Virus record (IMG/VR): IMGVR_UViG_3300042261_000720
DNA from: an uncultured virus (IMG/VR IMGVR_UViG_3300042261_000720)
Taxonomy: Duplodnaviria > Heunggongvirae > Uroviricota > Caudoviricetes
Length of the DNA stretch: 20,000 bases
Reading direction: 5' to 3' (one strand)
In this document: positions 10,059 through 16,058 of the stretch, piece by piece
Layout: each line of letters opens with the position of its first letter
Position numbering within the stretch: position 1 is the stretch's first letter
The notes under the pieces: generated by a model
Database searches by the model: none
The model's input: the letters and a program-made list of their open reading frames with translations, nothing else
What the model was told of the DNA's origin: nothing
Translations under genes and position numbers: made by a program

Positions 10059-10064
10059 CCGTCC
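10038..10064 (-). terminator. intrinsic terminator
   Basis: GGACGGTT-gcata-AACCGTCC followed by TTTTTT on the minus strand. Confidence 0.8.
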
Positions 10065-10069
10065 AAACT

Positions 10070-10222
10070 CAGTTTATGCAGGCTCGCCACTTGCTCTTTG
10101 ACCAGAAGCAAGAAACTGGGCGGGAGAGAGTCCCATCCGCACCACTTGCTTTTTAATGGGAAAGCAAGAAACCATAAGGGGTCATTTGACTCCACCACTT
10201 GGTTTTACGAAACCAAGAAAAG
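10070..10222 (-). ncRNA. manA/wcaG-like cyanophage structured RNA, 3' part (three tandem stem modules)
   Basis: Three copies of TTTCTTG(G/C)TT-loop-A(A/G)(C/G)CAAG-TGG-type stems with compensatory changes, plus GCGGATGGGA..TCCCGCC and TGGCGAGCC segments. Lies upstream of sugar genes. Family match is from memory. Confidence 0.7.
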
Positions 10223-10432
10223 TTGGATTAACTTTGATATCTCGGTAATACCAAAGAATGCTATCAAAAATAGCACATCCCAGAGTTTGAGTTTGATGGC
10301 AAATGGAATACCGAGTAAACCCCCGATAAACTTAATTGCTAGACCAAACTTAAAGTTTCCCCATAACATAACTTGATAACCAAGCATTAGGAGAAAGTTC
10401 CCAAGATACCTCAGGATACTAGATTTAGACAT
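10205..10432 (-). CDS. small 3-TM membrane protein embedded in the structured RNA
   Basis: 75-aa hydrophobic ORF; its stop codon lies in the loop of the first RNA module. Confidence 0.75.
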   Translation of the reverse strand: MSKSSILRYLGNFLLMLGYQVMLWGNFKFGLAIKFIGGLLGIPFAIKLKLWDVLFLIAFFGITEISKLIQLFLVS

Positions 10433-10478
10433 AAGGGGTTTGCTCCCGACCAGTGCTGTTAACGTCCATCCGTGACGA
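10433..10478 (-). ncRNA. manA-like RNA 5' segment
   Basis: GC-rich GTCACGGATGGACGTTAACAGCACTGGTCGGGAGCAAACCCC resembles my recollection of the manA RNA 5' end. Confidence 0.55.
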
Positions 10479-10736
10479 CTAATCCCAAAATTCTTCAGTG
10501 CCTTTTACATAACAAGGAACACGATCTGGATCTAACCATTTCGCATATTCGATATCTTCCATTGCAGTAGAACATTGTAGCACATTATCAAAAAGATAAA
10601 TGTCATTCCATCGTTTTGTGTAATAATTTTGTTTTTGCAAGCGATAATCGGGTTTACCGTTTATCTCAAGAATACCCGCTTCTACAAAACGGTATCCTTC
10701 ACGCTCTAACAAAACTTTTGGAAGTTTCGTAATCAT
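10479..10736 (-). CDS. hypothetical phage protein
   Basis: 85-aa ORF with ATGA coupling to the upstream gene. Confidence 0.75.
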   Translation of the reverse strand: MITKLPKVLLEREGYRFVEAGILEINGKPDYRLQKQNYYTKRWNDIYLFDNVLQCSTAMEDIEYAKWLDPDRVPCYVKGTEEFWD

Positions 10737-10948
10737 ACCACCTCAACAGATTCAAGATCTTGAGCGACATACTCCATAAGAATTTCATAGTCATCAAGGG
10801 GGTCACCAGAAAATACGACGCCTTCATTTTCGTAGAAGCGACGAACCTTTTTATAAAGTTTCGGATTCTTTACATCAAGGTAGATTTCCCCGTTAGCAGC
10901 AAGACGAAGAGTGCTAACATCTTTCTTGAATTTTTGGATCAGAGACAT
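10733..10948 (-). CDS. conserved cyanophage-type hypothetical protein
   Basis: MSLIQKFKKD...FSGDPLDDYE. Start moved to 10948 because the promoter lies inside the longer ORF call. Confidence 0.75.
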   Translation of the reverse strand: MSLIQKFKKDVSTLRLAANGEIYLDVKNPKLYKKVRRFYENEGVVFSGDPLDDYEILMEYVAQDLESVEVV

Positions 10949-10970
10949 TGTTTTGTTTGTTGACCTAGTT

Positions 10971-10999
10971 ATTATAAGGTGTTTAGACTTGTGTGTCAA
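10971..10999 (-). promoter_or_regulatory. consensus sigma70 promoter
   Basis: TTGACA-N17-TATAAT, a perfect match. Confidence 0.88.
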
Positions 11000-11023
11000 G
11001 TGTGCCAGTGAAGTAACTGGCTA

Positions 11024-11094
11024 TCGGGGCGGCAAGAATCGAACTTGCACCTCCGCTTCCCAAAAGCGGCATTCTACCACTATACTACGCCCCG
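11024..11094 (-). tRNA. tRNA-Pro(UGG)
   Basis: Cloverleaf CGGGGCG...CGCCCCG-A; anticodon arm CCGCT-TTTGGGA-AGCGG; T-loop TTCGATT; no encoded CCA. Confidence 0.95.
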
Positions 11095-11128
11095 TTGCGT
11101 TGAGTGGTCTTGCCTCCCAACAGAACTA

Positions 11129-11157
11129 ATTATACTACTTCTTGTGCCCCCTGTCAA
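11129..11157 (-). promoter_or_regulatory. consensus sigma70 promoter for tRNA-Pro
   Basis: TTGACA-N17-TATAAT. Confidence 0.88.
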
Positions 11158-11287
11158 ACGGAGCCCAGTGCTGCCAGTTGTATTTGTGAATTGCCCAGAT
11201 ACCCATAATAGGCAGAACAATCAAAATGTATCCAAGAAATCCAAGTGTATAAGGATTCTCCAATACCCATCGTGCGAAGTGTCCCAT
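11135..11287 (-). CDS. 50-aa single-TM hypothetical protein
   Basis: Manual translation MGHFARWVLENPYTLGFLGYILIVLPIMGIWAIHKYNWQHWAPFDRGHKK; TGATG coupling with the upstream ORF. Confidence 0.7.
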   Translation of the reverse strand: MGHFARWVLENPYTLGFLGYILIVLPIMGIWAIHKYNWQHWAPFDRGHKK

Positions 11288-11484
11288 CAGTATCCTCTCC
11301 AGGTCTTAAATTCATAATAAAAATACTGGTCAAGAACTTTATCATCTAATGGAGCATCATCAGTTCTGTGTGCCCATACCTCACAAAACTCTACAATACG
11401 ACGGTCGTGTAATGAACTGTGCCCCCACATTCTTACAAACGCTGATGCCGCAAAAGAATATCGTTGCTTAATGTGCGGTTCCAT
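11287..11484 (-). CDS. hypothetical protein
   Basis: MEPHIKQRYSFAASAF...FKTWRGY; part of the coupled micro-ORF chain. Confidence 0.7.
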   Translation of the reverse strand: MEPHIKQRYSFAASAFVRMWGHSSLHDRRIVEFCEVWAHRTDDAPLDDKVLDQYFYYEFKTWRGY

Positions 11485-11590
11485 TGCCTTTGTAGTCCTC
11501 TGAGTCATAATACCCTCCTCGTGTTCCGAAGTACAGTGTTGCTAAAACAAAAGGAATTGAAACAAATAAAAGTGCTTTTGCTAATAACAT
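11468..11590 (-). CDS. ndhP: NDH-1 small subunit NdhP-like
   Basis: Manual translation MLLAKALLFVSIPFVLATLYFGTRGGYYDSEDYKGNGTAH; TM helix plus the FGTxxGxYDxxxYxGNGxAH signature of NdhP; TGATG-coupled to PTOX. Confidence 0.85.
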   Translation of the reverse strand: MLLAKALLFVSIPFVLATLYFGTRGGYYDSEDYKGNGTAH

Positions 11591-12090
11591 CAGACCATCT
11601 CCATTGCTCGTTCTAGTTCTATGTAATGATTCATTTCATCTGTGGCAATCTCACCGATCTTGGCGTCTTCTGGATGGTCCCAGAAGTAATCTAGGTAAGT
11701 TTCTGTTGCGTGAAACTCAATACCTGAGTTCAGGTGATAAGCAGAAACAGGACCAACAAAATAGTAAACAACCATACTCCAATAATAGACGAGAACCAGA
11801 TGATAAGCAAAAAAGCGATCAATCCAGCGGTCTGCTCCACCACGCGACTCCATTTCTCTGAGGTGTTCGGTTTCATTGATTGTCTGTGCGAAGTGTTCTT
11901 TCATTAAGTAATAGTGTTCTTCTGTTCGGAGACCTAGTGATTCTCTGAGATGAAGAACACTGAGAAAAGCGAAGTAGGGTGCTCTGGCAATTGTTTCTAG
12001 CACCCAGAAGCGTTGTATAGGTAGATCACGGTAAAGGAAGTCAATGATGGCTACCGTGATTGATAGAACTACATCATTGAACTTTTTCAT
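11590..12090 (-). CDS. ptox: plastoquinol terminal oxidase (PTOX, alternative oxidase family)
   Basis: RFWVLETIARAPYFAFLSVLH, NETEHL, EFHATETY and DEMNH di-iron ligands. Confidence 0.95.
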   Translation of the reverse strand: MKKFNDVVLSITVAIIDFLYRDLPIQRFWVLETIARAPYFAFLSVLHLRESLGLRTEEHYYLMKEHFAQTINETEHLREMESRGGADRWIDRFFAYHLVLVYYWSMVVYYFVGPVSAYHLNSGIEFHATETYLDYFWDHPEDAKIGEIATDEMNHYIELERAMEMV

Positions 12091-12254
12091 AGGAATACTC
12101 CTGGTTGATAGTTTACCAACTTCTGCAGTTCATCAAGAATTGCACCATATTCTCTAAACTTTCTATCACCAGCAATGTAATGTCTTTGTCTTACCCATAC
12201 TGCATCTGCTAGAAGTTTTAATTCGTATTCAGAAAATTCGTTAAATCGTTCCAT
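12087..12254 (-). CDS. 55-aa hypothetical protein
   Basis: MERFNEFSEYELKLLADAVWVRQRHYIAGDRKFREYGAILDEL...; GAGG ribosome-binding site; ATGA overlap with PTOX. Confidence 0.7.
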   Translation of the reverse strand: MERFNEFSEYELKLLADAVWVRQRHYIAGDRKFREYGAILDELQKLVNYQPGVFL

Positions 12255-12262
12255 AATACCTC

Positions 12263-12508
12263 TTATGTTGGTAATACAATCTGTTCCCTTGCTCCACTGT
12301 TAAGAAGTGGCGCTTTCAATACTTCCCATTTCAAATACACAACAGTATCTACCATCCACCAAAAAGCAATAGTACATAAGAAAATAGTAAGAACTGTTGA
12401 TGCAGTACTCAATACAAGACTGAACTTCTTTGCTTTAAAATGGTTGATAACTCCAAGTGCCATAATCAACAATAATACTTCATACGTTATAAAATTATAG
12501 TAAGTCAT
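12263..12508 (-). CDS. small 2-TM hypothetical membrane protein
   Basis: 81-aa hydrophobic ORF with ATGA overlap. Confidence 0.65.
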   Translation of the reverse strand: MTYYNFITYEVLLLIMALGVINHFKAKKFSLVLSTASTVLTIFLCTIAFWWMVDTVVYLKWEVLKAPLLNSGAREQIVLPT

Positions 12509-12594
12509 TGTGGATATGCGTGTGTAAGACCCCAGTAAATAAAGGTTCCAATCGCACTGAAAAGTAAAATTGACGATATGAATGTTTTAGTCAT
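12505..12594 (-). CDS. NdhQ-like single-TM peptide (29 aa)
   Basis: MTKTFISSILLFSAIGTFIYWGLTHAYPQ aligns without gaps to the recalled TM and C-terminus of cyanobacterial NdhQ (IS..L....I...IxWxLxxAY); overlaps both neighbours. Confidence 0.6.
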   Translation of the reverse strand: MTKTFISSILLFSAIGTFIYWGLTHAYPQ

Positions 12595-12700
12595 TTTCTT
12601 CGTCCTCATAAGTAGATGGTTCTTCAAATAACTCATCCATTTTTTGTCTTAAAACTATTTCTCGTAATTCTTGTAAGTCTTCTTCTGTGATCGTTATCAT
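12587..12700 (-). CDS. 37-aa acidic hypothetical protein
   Basis: MITITEEDLQELREIVLRQKMDELFEEPSTYEDEEND; ATGA overlap. Confidence 0.65.
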   Translation of the reverse strand: MITITEEDLQELREIVLRQKMDELFEEPSTYEDEEND

Positions 12701-12876
12701 TTGTCCTTGAGTAGTTCTTCTATTCTTTTACGCATCGTTGTGCTATCTTGTTTCATATAGTCACGTAAAGAATAACCACGTTGATTTCTCAGTATACAAG
12801 TTCCTTGATAGAACATAGTCGCAGCAAATACCAACAATAGGACGATGCCTATTATTTCAGGGTAATGTTGAGCCAT
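12697..12876 (-). CDS. 59-aa single-TM hypothetical protein
   Basis: MAQHYPEIIGIVLLLVFAATMFYQG...MRKRIEELLKDK. Confidence 0.65.
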   Translation of the reverse strand: MAQHYPEIIGIVLLLVFAATMFYQGTCILRNQRGYSLRDYMKQDSTTMRKRIEELLKDK

Positions 12877-13055
12877 GGTAGTAATGGTGGAATAACGCCA
12901 ACCAATCTTAAAAGTCCCTCAGCAAATAAAGAAAGAACCACCCAACCGACGCACATACTAATGATAGAAGCATTACGGTTGTGTCGTCGTATTGCTGCAT
13001 CGATCATCTCCTGAACTTCGGCACGACTTACTAATTCGTCTTGTGGTTCCATCAC
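12852..13055 (-). CDS. 67-aa membrane hypothetical protein
   Basis: ORF track; EMIDAAIRRHNRNASIISM followed by a TM segment. Confidence 0.7.
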   Translation of the reverse strand: MMEPQDELVSRAEVQEMIDAAIRRHNRNASIISMCVGWVVLSLFAEGLLRLVGVIPPLLPWLNITLK

Positions 13056-13201
13056 TTCTCGTCTCCAAGAAACTTTGCCAGAGGATCTCTTCTGGTCTTA
13101 GCGATTTCCACTGCTCTTTTGTAAAACATATTGTCTGTATTTCCAGACTGTTCGAAAGTCTCCTTGATCTTCACCCAATTATCGTAGGTGTGCTGATCCA
13201 T
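13052..13201 (-). CDS. 49-aa conserved cyanophage/picocyanobacterial-type hypothetical protein
   Basis: MDQHTYDNWVKIKETFEQSGNTDNMFYKRAVEIAKTRRDPLAKFLGDEK; first gene after a promoter. Confidence 0.72.
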   Translation of the reverse strand: MDQHTYDNWVKIKETFEQSGNTDNMFYKRAVEIAKTRRDPLAKFLGDEK

Positions 13202-13227
13202 AGGGTTATGAGTAAGTATACTACTAT

Positions 13228-13255
13228 ATAATAATTTTTCTTTTTACAGTGTCAA
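13228..13255 (-). promoter_or_regulatory. probable sigma70 promoter of the micro-ORF/PTOX operon
   Basis: TTGACA-N16-TATTAT. Confidence 0.5.
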
Positions 13256-13317
13256 GTTATTGTGTTGATATCAAAAAAGTGTTTAAGAAAATCTTAAATT
13301 ATGTAATATTTGTAACA

Positions 13318-13403
13318 AGGAAGATCAGGGATTCGAACCCTGGAACGCTATTAACGTTAATAGTTTTCAAGACTATCGCCATCAACCACTCGGCCAATCT
13401 TCC
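13318..13403 (-). tRNA. tRNA-Ser(UGA)
   Basis: GGAAGAT...ATCTTCC; anticodon arm ATAGT-CTTGAAA-ACTAT; long variable arm; T-loop TTCGAAT. Confidence 0.95.
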
Positions 13404-13408
13404 ATTTG

Positions 13409-13443
13409 TGGTATAATATACTGTACTTATTTAATTTTGTCAA
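13409..13443. promoter_or_regulatory. overlapping oppositely oriented promoters
   Basis: Minus: TTGACA(13443-13438)-N17-TATATT toward tRNA-Ser. Plus: extended -10 TGgTATAAT (13409-13417) toward the plus-strand genes. Confidence 0.6.
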
Positions 13444-14052
13444 GTGCGTATAAAACCACCACCAAAAAGACTTGAGTTTGAAAAACTTTTAAGAGATCTT
13501 GGTTATAGAGATAGGTCACCCATTTATTTTGAAGAGAGAGTAACTAAGCAAATTAATTATGTTTTGCCTAGTGGAAAAGCAATGGGGTTTTATAACACCA
13601 TTGTACCATATTACAATAAAAAATCATATCTCTATACTGAATTTTATCAAAGTTATCACGAACCAGATATTAAAAGACGTATTTCAACACTTGCTGAAAA
13701 CATTCTTTTTAATGAAAAAAGAAGAATTGGCGAAGTATATTGGAAAGTTGTTTATACAAATGACCCAACTGAGTTTACTCTAGAAGAAAGGAGAGCAATC
13801 TTTGGATATTTTATTAAAGATGTAAAAAATTGGTTTACAAATGGATTTGTAAAGTTCGAACCAAGAGAGGGGGATATGTTAGTCTCAAATCCATATGGTC
13901 CAAAAATTAATAAAGGATTCACTAGCGAATCAATGGATGAAGGAACAAAGCAAAGAGCATTATGGAATAAAAGACTTGGATTTGGAGATCTAAAATTAGA
14001 TGGTTTTTGCTATGCAAGATATGACCAAGATTTAAAATTACGCCCACTATGA
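13444..14052 (+). CDS. hypothetical protein, paralogue A
   Basis: 202-aa ORF with GTG start, clearly homologous to the next ORF. Confidence 0.8.
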   Translation: MRIKPPPKRLEFEKLLRDLGYRDRSPIYFEERVTKQINYVLPSGKAMGFYNTIVPYYNKKSYLYTEFYQSYHEPDIKRRISTLAENILFNEKRRIGEVYWKVVYTNDPTEFTLEERRAIFGYFIKDVKNWFTNGFVKFEPREGDMLVSNPYGPKINKGFTSESMDEGTKQRALWNKRLGFGDLKLDGFCYARYDQDLKLRPL

Positions 14053-14669
14053 GTAAAATATATCCACCAAAAGCAAGAATAGAGTTTGAGAAATTGATTG
14101 TTAAACTTGGATATAGAGATCGATCTCCTATTTGCTTAAAAACAAAAAGAGAAACAACAAAAATTGGAAAAGAATGCTTTCCAATATCAATTAACTACAT
14201 AGAATTTTTTGCTGTTCATTACAAAAATAAAAAAAGTTATGCTTATGAACAATATCTAATTGATAGAAAATTTTTATCTAAAAAAGACATCATTAAAAAA
14301 TACAAATACTTATTAAACAAAATAAAATTTGGTGAAGGAAGAATAAGTGAAATTGGTTGGCAAATAATGTGGGATAGAAACCCAGTATTACTTACGCCAA
14401 ATCAACATAAAAAAATTCTCTATAGAATTATTAGAGAATTAAAAGATATGAGAGATAATAGAAAATATTTTACTACAGCATACCCACAACAAATATTAGT
14501 CAGCAAACCTTGGGGAAATCAATTATATAATCCAATTGATTCCAAAGACAATTTTGATTTAGTAAGAAAAAGATCTTTAATGAATTCAAAATTTGGTTTT
14601 GGAAACTTAGACGAATACGGACACGAGTATGCTATGTTTGATGATACTCTTTACCTAAATCCTATCTAA
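14049..14669 (+). CDS. hypothetical protein, paralogue B
   Basis: 206-aa ORF, ATGA-coupled; shares PP..R.EFEKL...LGYRDRSPI, LVS.P.G and GFG.L...G..YA..D..L.L.P with paralogue A. Confidence 0.8.
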   Translation: MSKIYPPKARIEFEKLIVKLGYRDRSPICLKTKRETTKIGKECFPISINYIEFFAVHYKNKKSYAYEQYLIDRKFLSKKDIIKKYKYLLNKIKFGEGRISEIGWQIMWDRNPVLLTPNQHKKILYRIIRELKDMRDNRKYFTTAYPQQILVSKPWGNQLYNPIDSKDNFDLVRKRSLMNSKFGFGNLDEYGHEYAMFDDTLYLNPI

Positions 14670-14919
14670 TCTCAAAATCTAACTTTCTAACCTTACGTTG
14701 CCTTCTCGCTTCTTGATAAGCGAGATCATCGTTTGTTAAAACACCAGTTTTACTTTTTGCTTTTGGTGCATTTAACATAATAACTTGCCCCAAATCAAGT
14801 GCTGAAATAACACCATTACGAATGGTCGCCATATTAGGACATCCGCAAGACACTGTTTTTCCAGAAATGCCCTCTAACTCGTTACCACAGGAACGGCATC
14901 TGATTCTTAAGTTTTCCAT
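14662..14919 (-). CDS. Zn-ribbon hypothetical protein
   Basis: CRSC...CGCPN motif; C-terminal RRQRKVRKLDFEIR. Confidence 0.75.
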   Translation of the reverse strand: MENLRIRCRSCGNELEGISGKTVSCGCPNMATIRNGVISALDLGQVIMLNAPKAKSKTGVLTNDDLAYQEARRQRKVRKLDFEIR

Positions 14920-14950
14920 TACTCATTACCTTAACGAAATCAATAATTGT

Positions 14951-15523
14951 TTATTGTGTTGGTTGCTCTTCTGCGGGAACTTCTTGCTCTACAGGTTGCG
15001 CTGGAACTTCATCGGTTTCCTCGACTTGAGGAACTGCTTTTTCACTAAACGATCTTAGCATCCAAACAAACTTACCGTGAGATTCCATCAGGTCCTGAAG
15101 AAGATTTGCAGTTGCTAACGTTCTTTGTGCTTCTGCTTCTTCTGCAGCGTTTGTAAGAAGTTCTATTAAAATCTCATTATCATTTAAAAGTTGTTTGATC
15201 ATCTCAGTTCCTTTGGAAAGAGGTTTTCCTAAGGTTACCATTTTTTGTCCATTTTCATCATAAGAAACAATATTTGTTCCTTCACCAATAGTGGAAACTT
15301 CTACAATTCTACTGAGTGTTCCAACAGGACGAACATTTAAATATCTCATATGTTCGGAGAGACGATCAATCTCTTCGAACATTGCTTCATATTGATTACC
15401 AAAAACTTCGTGGAACTGATGGAAATCAGGACCTACAACGTTCCAGTGGTAAACCCAAGTTTTATGAAACAGAAGAAATAAATTCGCCTGAACATCACTT
15501 AGAAGTTTAAAAAGTCTTTCCAT
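14951..15523 (-). CDS. dps: Dps / DNA starvation protection ferritin-like protein
   Basis: KTWVYHWNVVGPDFHQFHEVF, EEIDRLSEHMR, and HGKFVWMLRS. Confidence 0.92.
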   Translation of the reverse strand: MERLFKLLSDVQANLFLLFHKTWVYHWNVVGPDFHQFHEVFGNQYEAMFEEIDRLSEHMRYLNVRPVGTLSRIVEVSTIGEGTNIVSYDENGQKMVTLGKPLSKGTEMIKQLLNDNEILIELLTNAAEEAEAQRTLATANLLQDLMESHGKFVWMLRSFSEKAVPQVEETDEVPAQPVEQEVPAEEQPTQ

Positions 15524-15540
15524 TATACCAGTTTTTTAGG

Positions 15541-15548
15541 TATTTATA
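15541..15548 (-). promoter_or_regulatory. T4-type late promoter
   Basis: TATAAATA 17 nt upstream of the dps start. Confidence 0.75.
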
Positions 15549-15551
15549 AAG

Positions 15552-15623
15552 TGGGCGATGACGGATTCGAACCGCCGACCAATTGCGTGTAAAGCAACTG
15601 CGCTACCGCTGCGCTAATCGCCC
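15552..15623 (-). tRNA. tRNA-Val(UAC)
   Basis: GGGCGAT...ATCGCCC-A; anticodon loop TTTACAC; T-loop TTCGAAT. Confidence 0.95.
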
Positions 15624-15629
15624 GCAAAA

Positions 15630-15794
15630 TTAATGCTTTTGCATAATGTATTCTACAGTATTTGCTACATCATTCATAGCATCTCGCAAGTCAGTTTGTT
15701 GTCCAGACTCTTGACGAATTACTGGACGGTGATCATCAGTCAGTGTCCACCGCCAGAGATTCATATCTTTACAATGCCAGAGATTAATTTTCAT
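15630..15794 (-). CDS. 54-aa hypothetical protein
   Basis: Manual translation MKINLWHCKDMNLWRWTLTDDHRPVIRQESGQQTDLRDAMNDVANTVEYIMQKH. Confidence 0.72.
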   Translation of the reverse strand: MKINLWHCKDMNLWRWTLTDDHRPVIRQESGQQTDLRDAMNDVANTVEYIMQKH

Positions 15795-15996
15795 TCTTAA
15801 AGTACTCCAAACGAACCCAGTTGAGAAGTGTATTTAACTCATACAACTCTTGCTTGTATGTATGATACTCTGGGTAGTTTGGATCGTCAACTAGTTGCGA
15901 ATCTTCAATAAAAGATATTTCACTCTTTAGAAAATCAGCATAATGCTCAAAGGCAGTAATGGCAAGTTGCCTGTCTAGTTGCGAAAGAAGAGACAT
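15784..15996 (-). CDS. hypothetical protein
   Basis: 70-aa ORF with a strong AGGAGG ribosome-binding site and an upstream promoter. Confidence 0.8.
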   Translation of the reverse strand: MSLLSQLDRQLAITAFEHYADFLKSEISFIEDSQLVDDPNYPEYHTYKQELYELNTLLNWVRLEYFKNEN

Positions 15997-16017
15997 AAAC
16001 CTCCTGACTCGTTACTT

Positions 16018-16046
16018 ATAATACACTAAAAAAGGGGTTGTGTCAA
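16018..16046 (-). promoter_or_regulatory. sigma70 promoter overlapping the pstS terminator
   Basis: TTGACA-N17-TATTAT. Confidence 0.75.
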
Positions 16047-16052
16047 CCCCCT
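16028..16052 (-). terminator. intrinsic terminator after pstS
   Basis: GGGGTTG-aca-CAACCCC followed by TTTTTT. Confidence 0.8.
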
Positions 16053-16058
16053 TATGTA

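Noticed and set aside
10085..10222. Three repeated CCACTTG...CAAGAAA units as a mini-CRISPR array
   Set aside because: The repeats differ internally and covary as RNA stems, the spacers are themselves hairpins, and no cas genes are present.
10053..10376. 107-aa plus-strand ORF
   Set aside because: It is antisense to the structured RNA and the 75-aa ORF, and has no protein-like features.
11154..11345. 63-aa minus-strand ORF from the track
   Set aside because: The alternative frame 11135-11287 is coupled to the upstream stop and encodes a clean TM peptide, whereas this frame overlaps the upstream gene more extensively.
13302..13316. GTA-N8-AAC as an NtcA site, or TTACA repeats as an RpaB HLR1 site
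   Set aside because: The NtcA palindrome is imperfect and the TTACA period is 9 rather than 10 bp; such matches are too likely by chance in AT-rich DNA.
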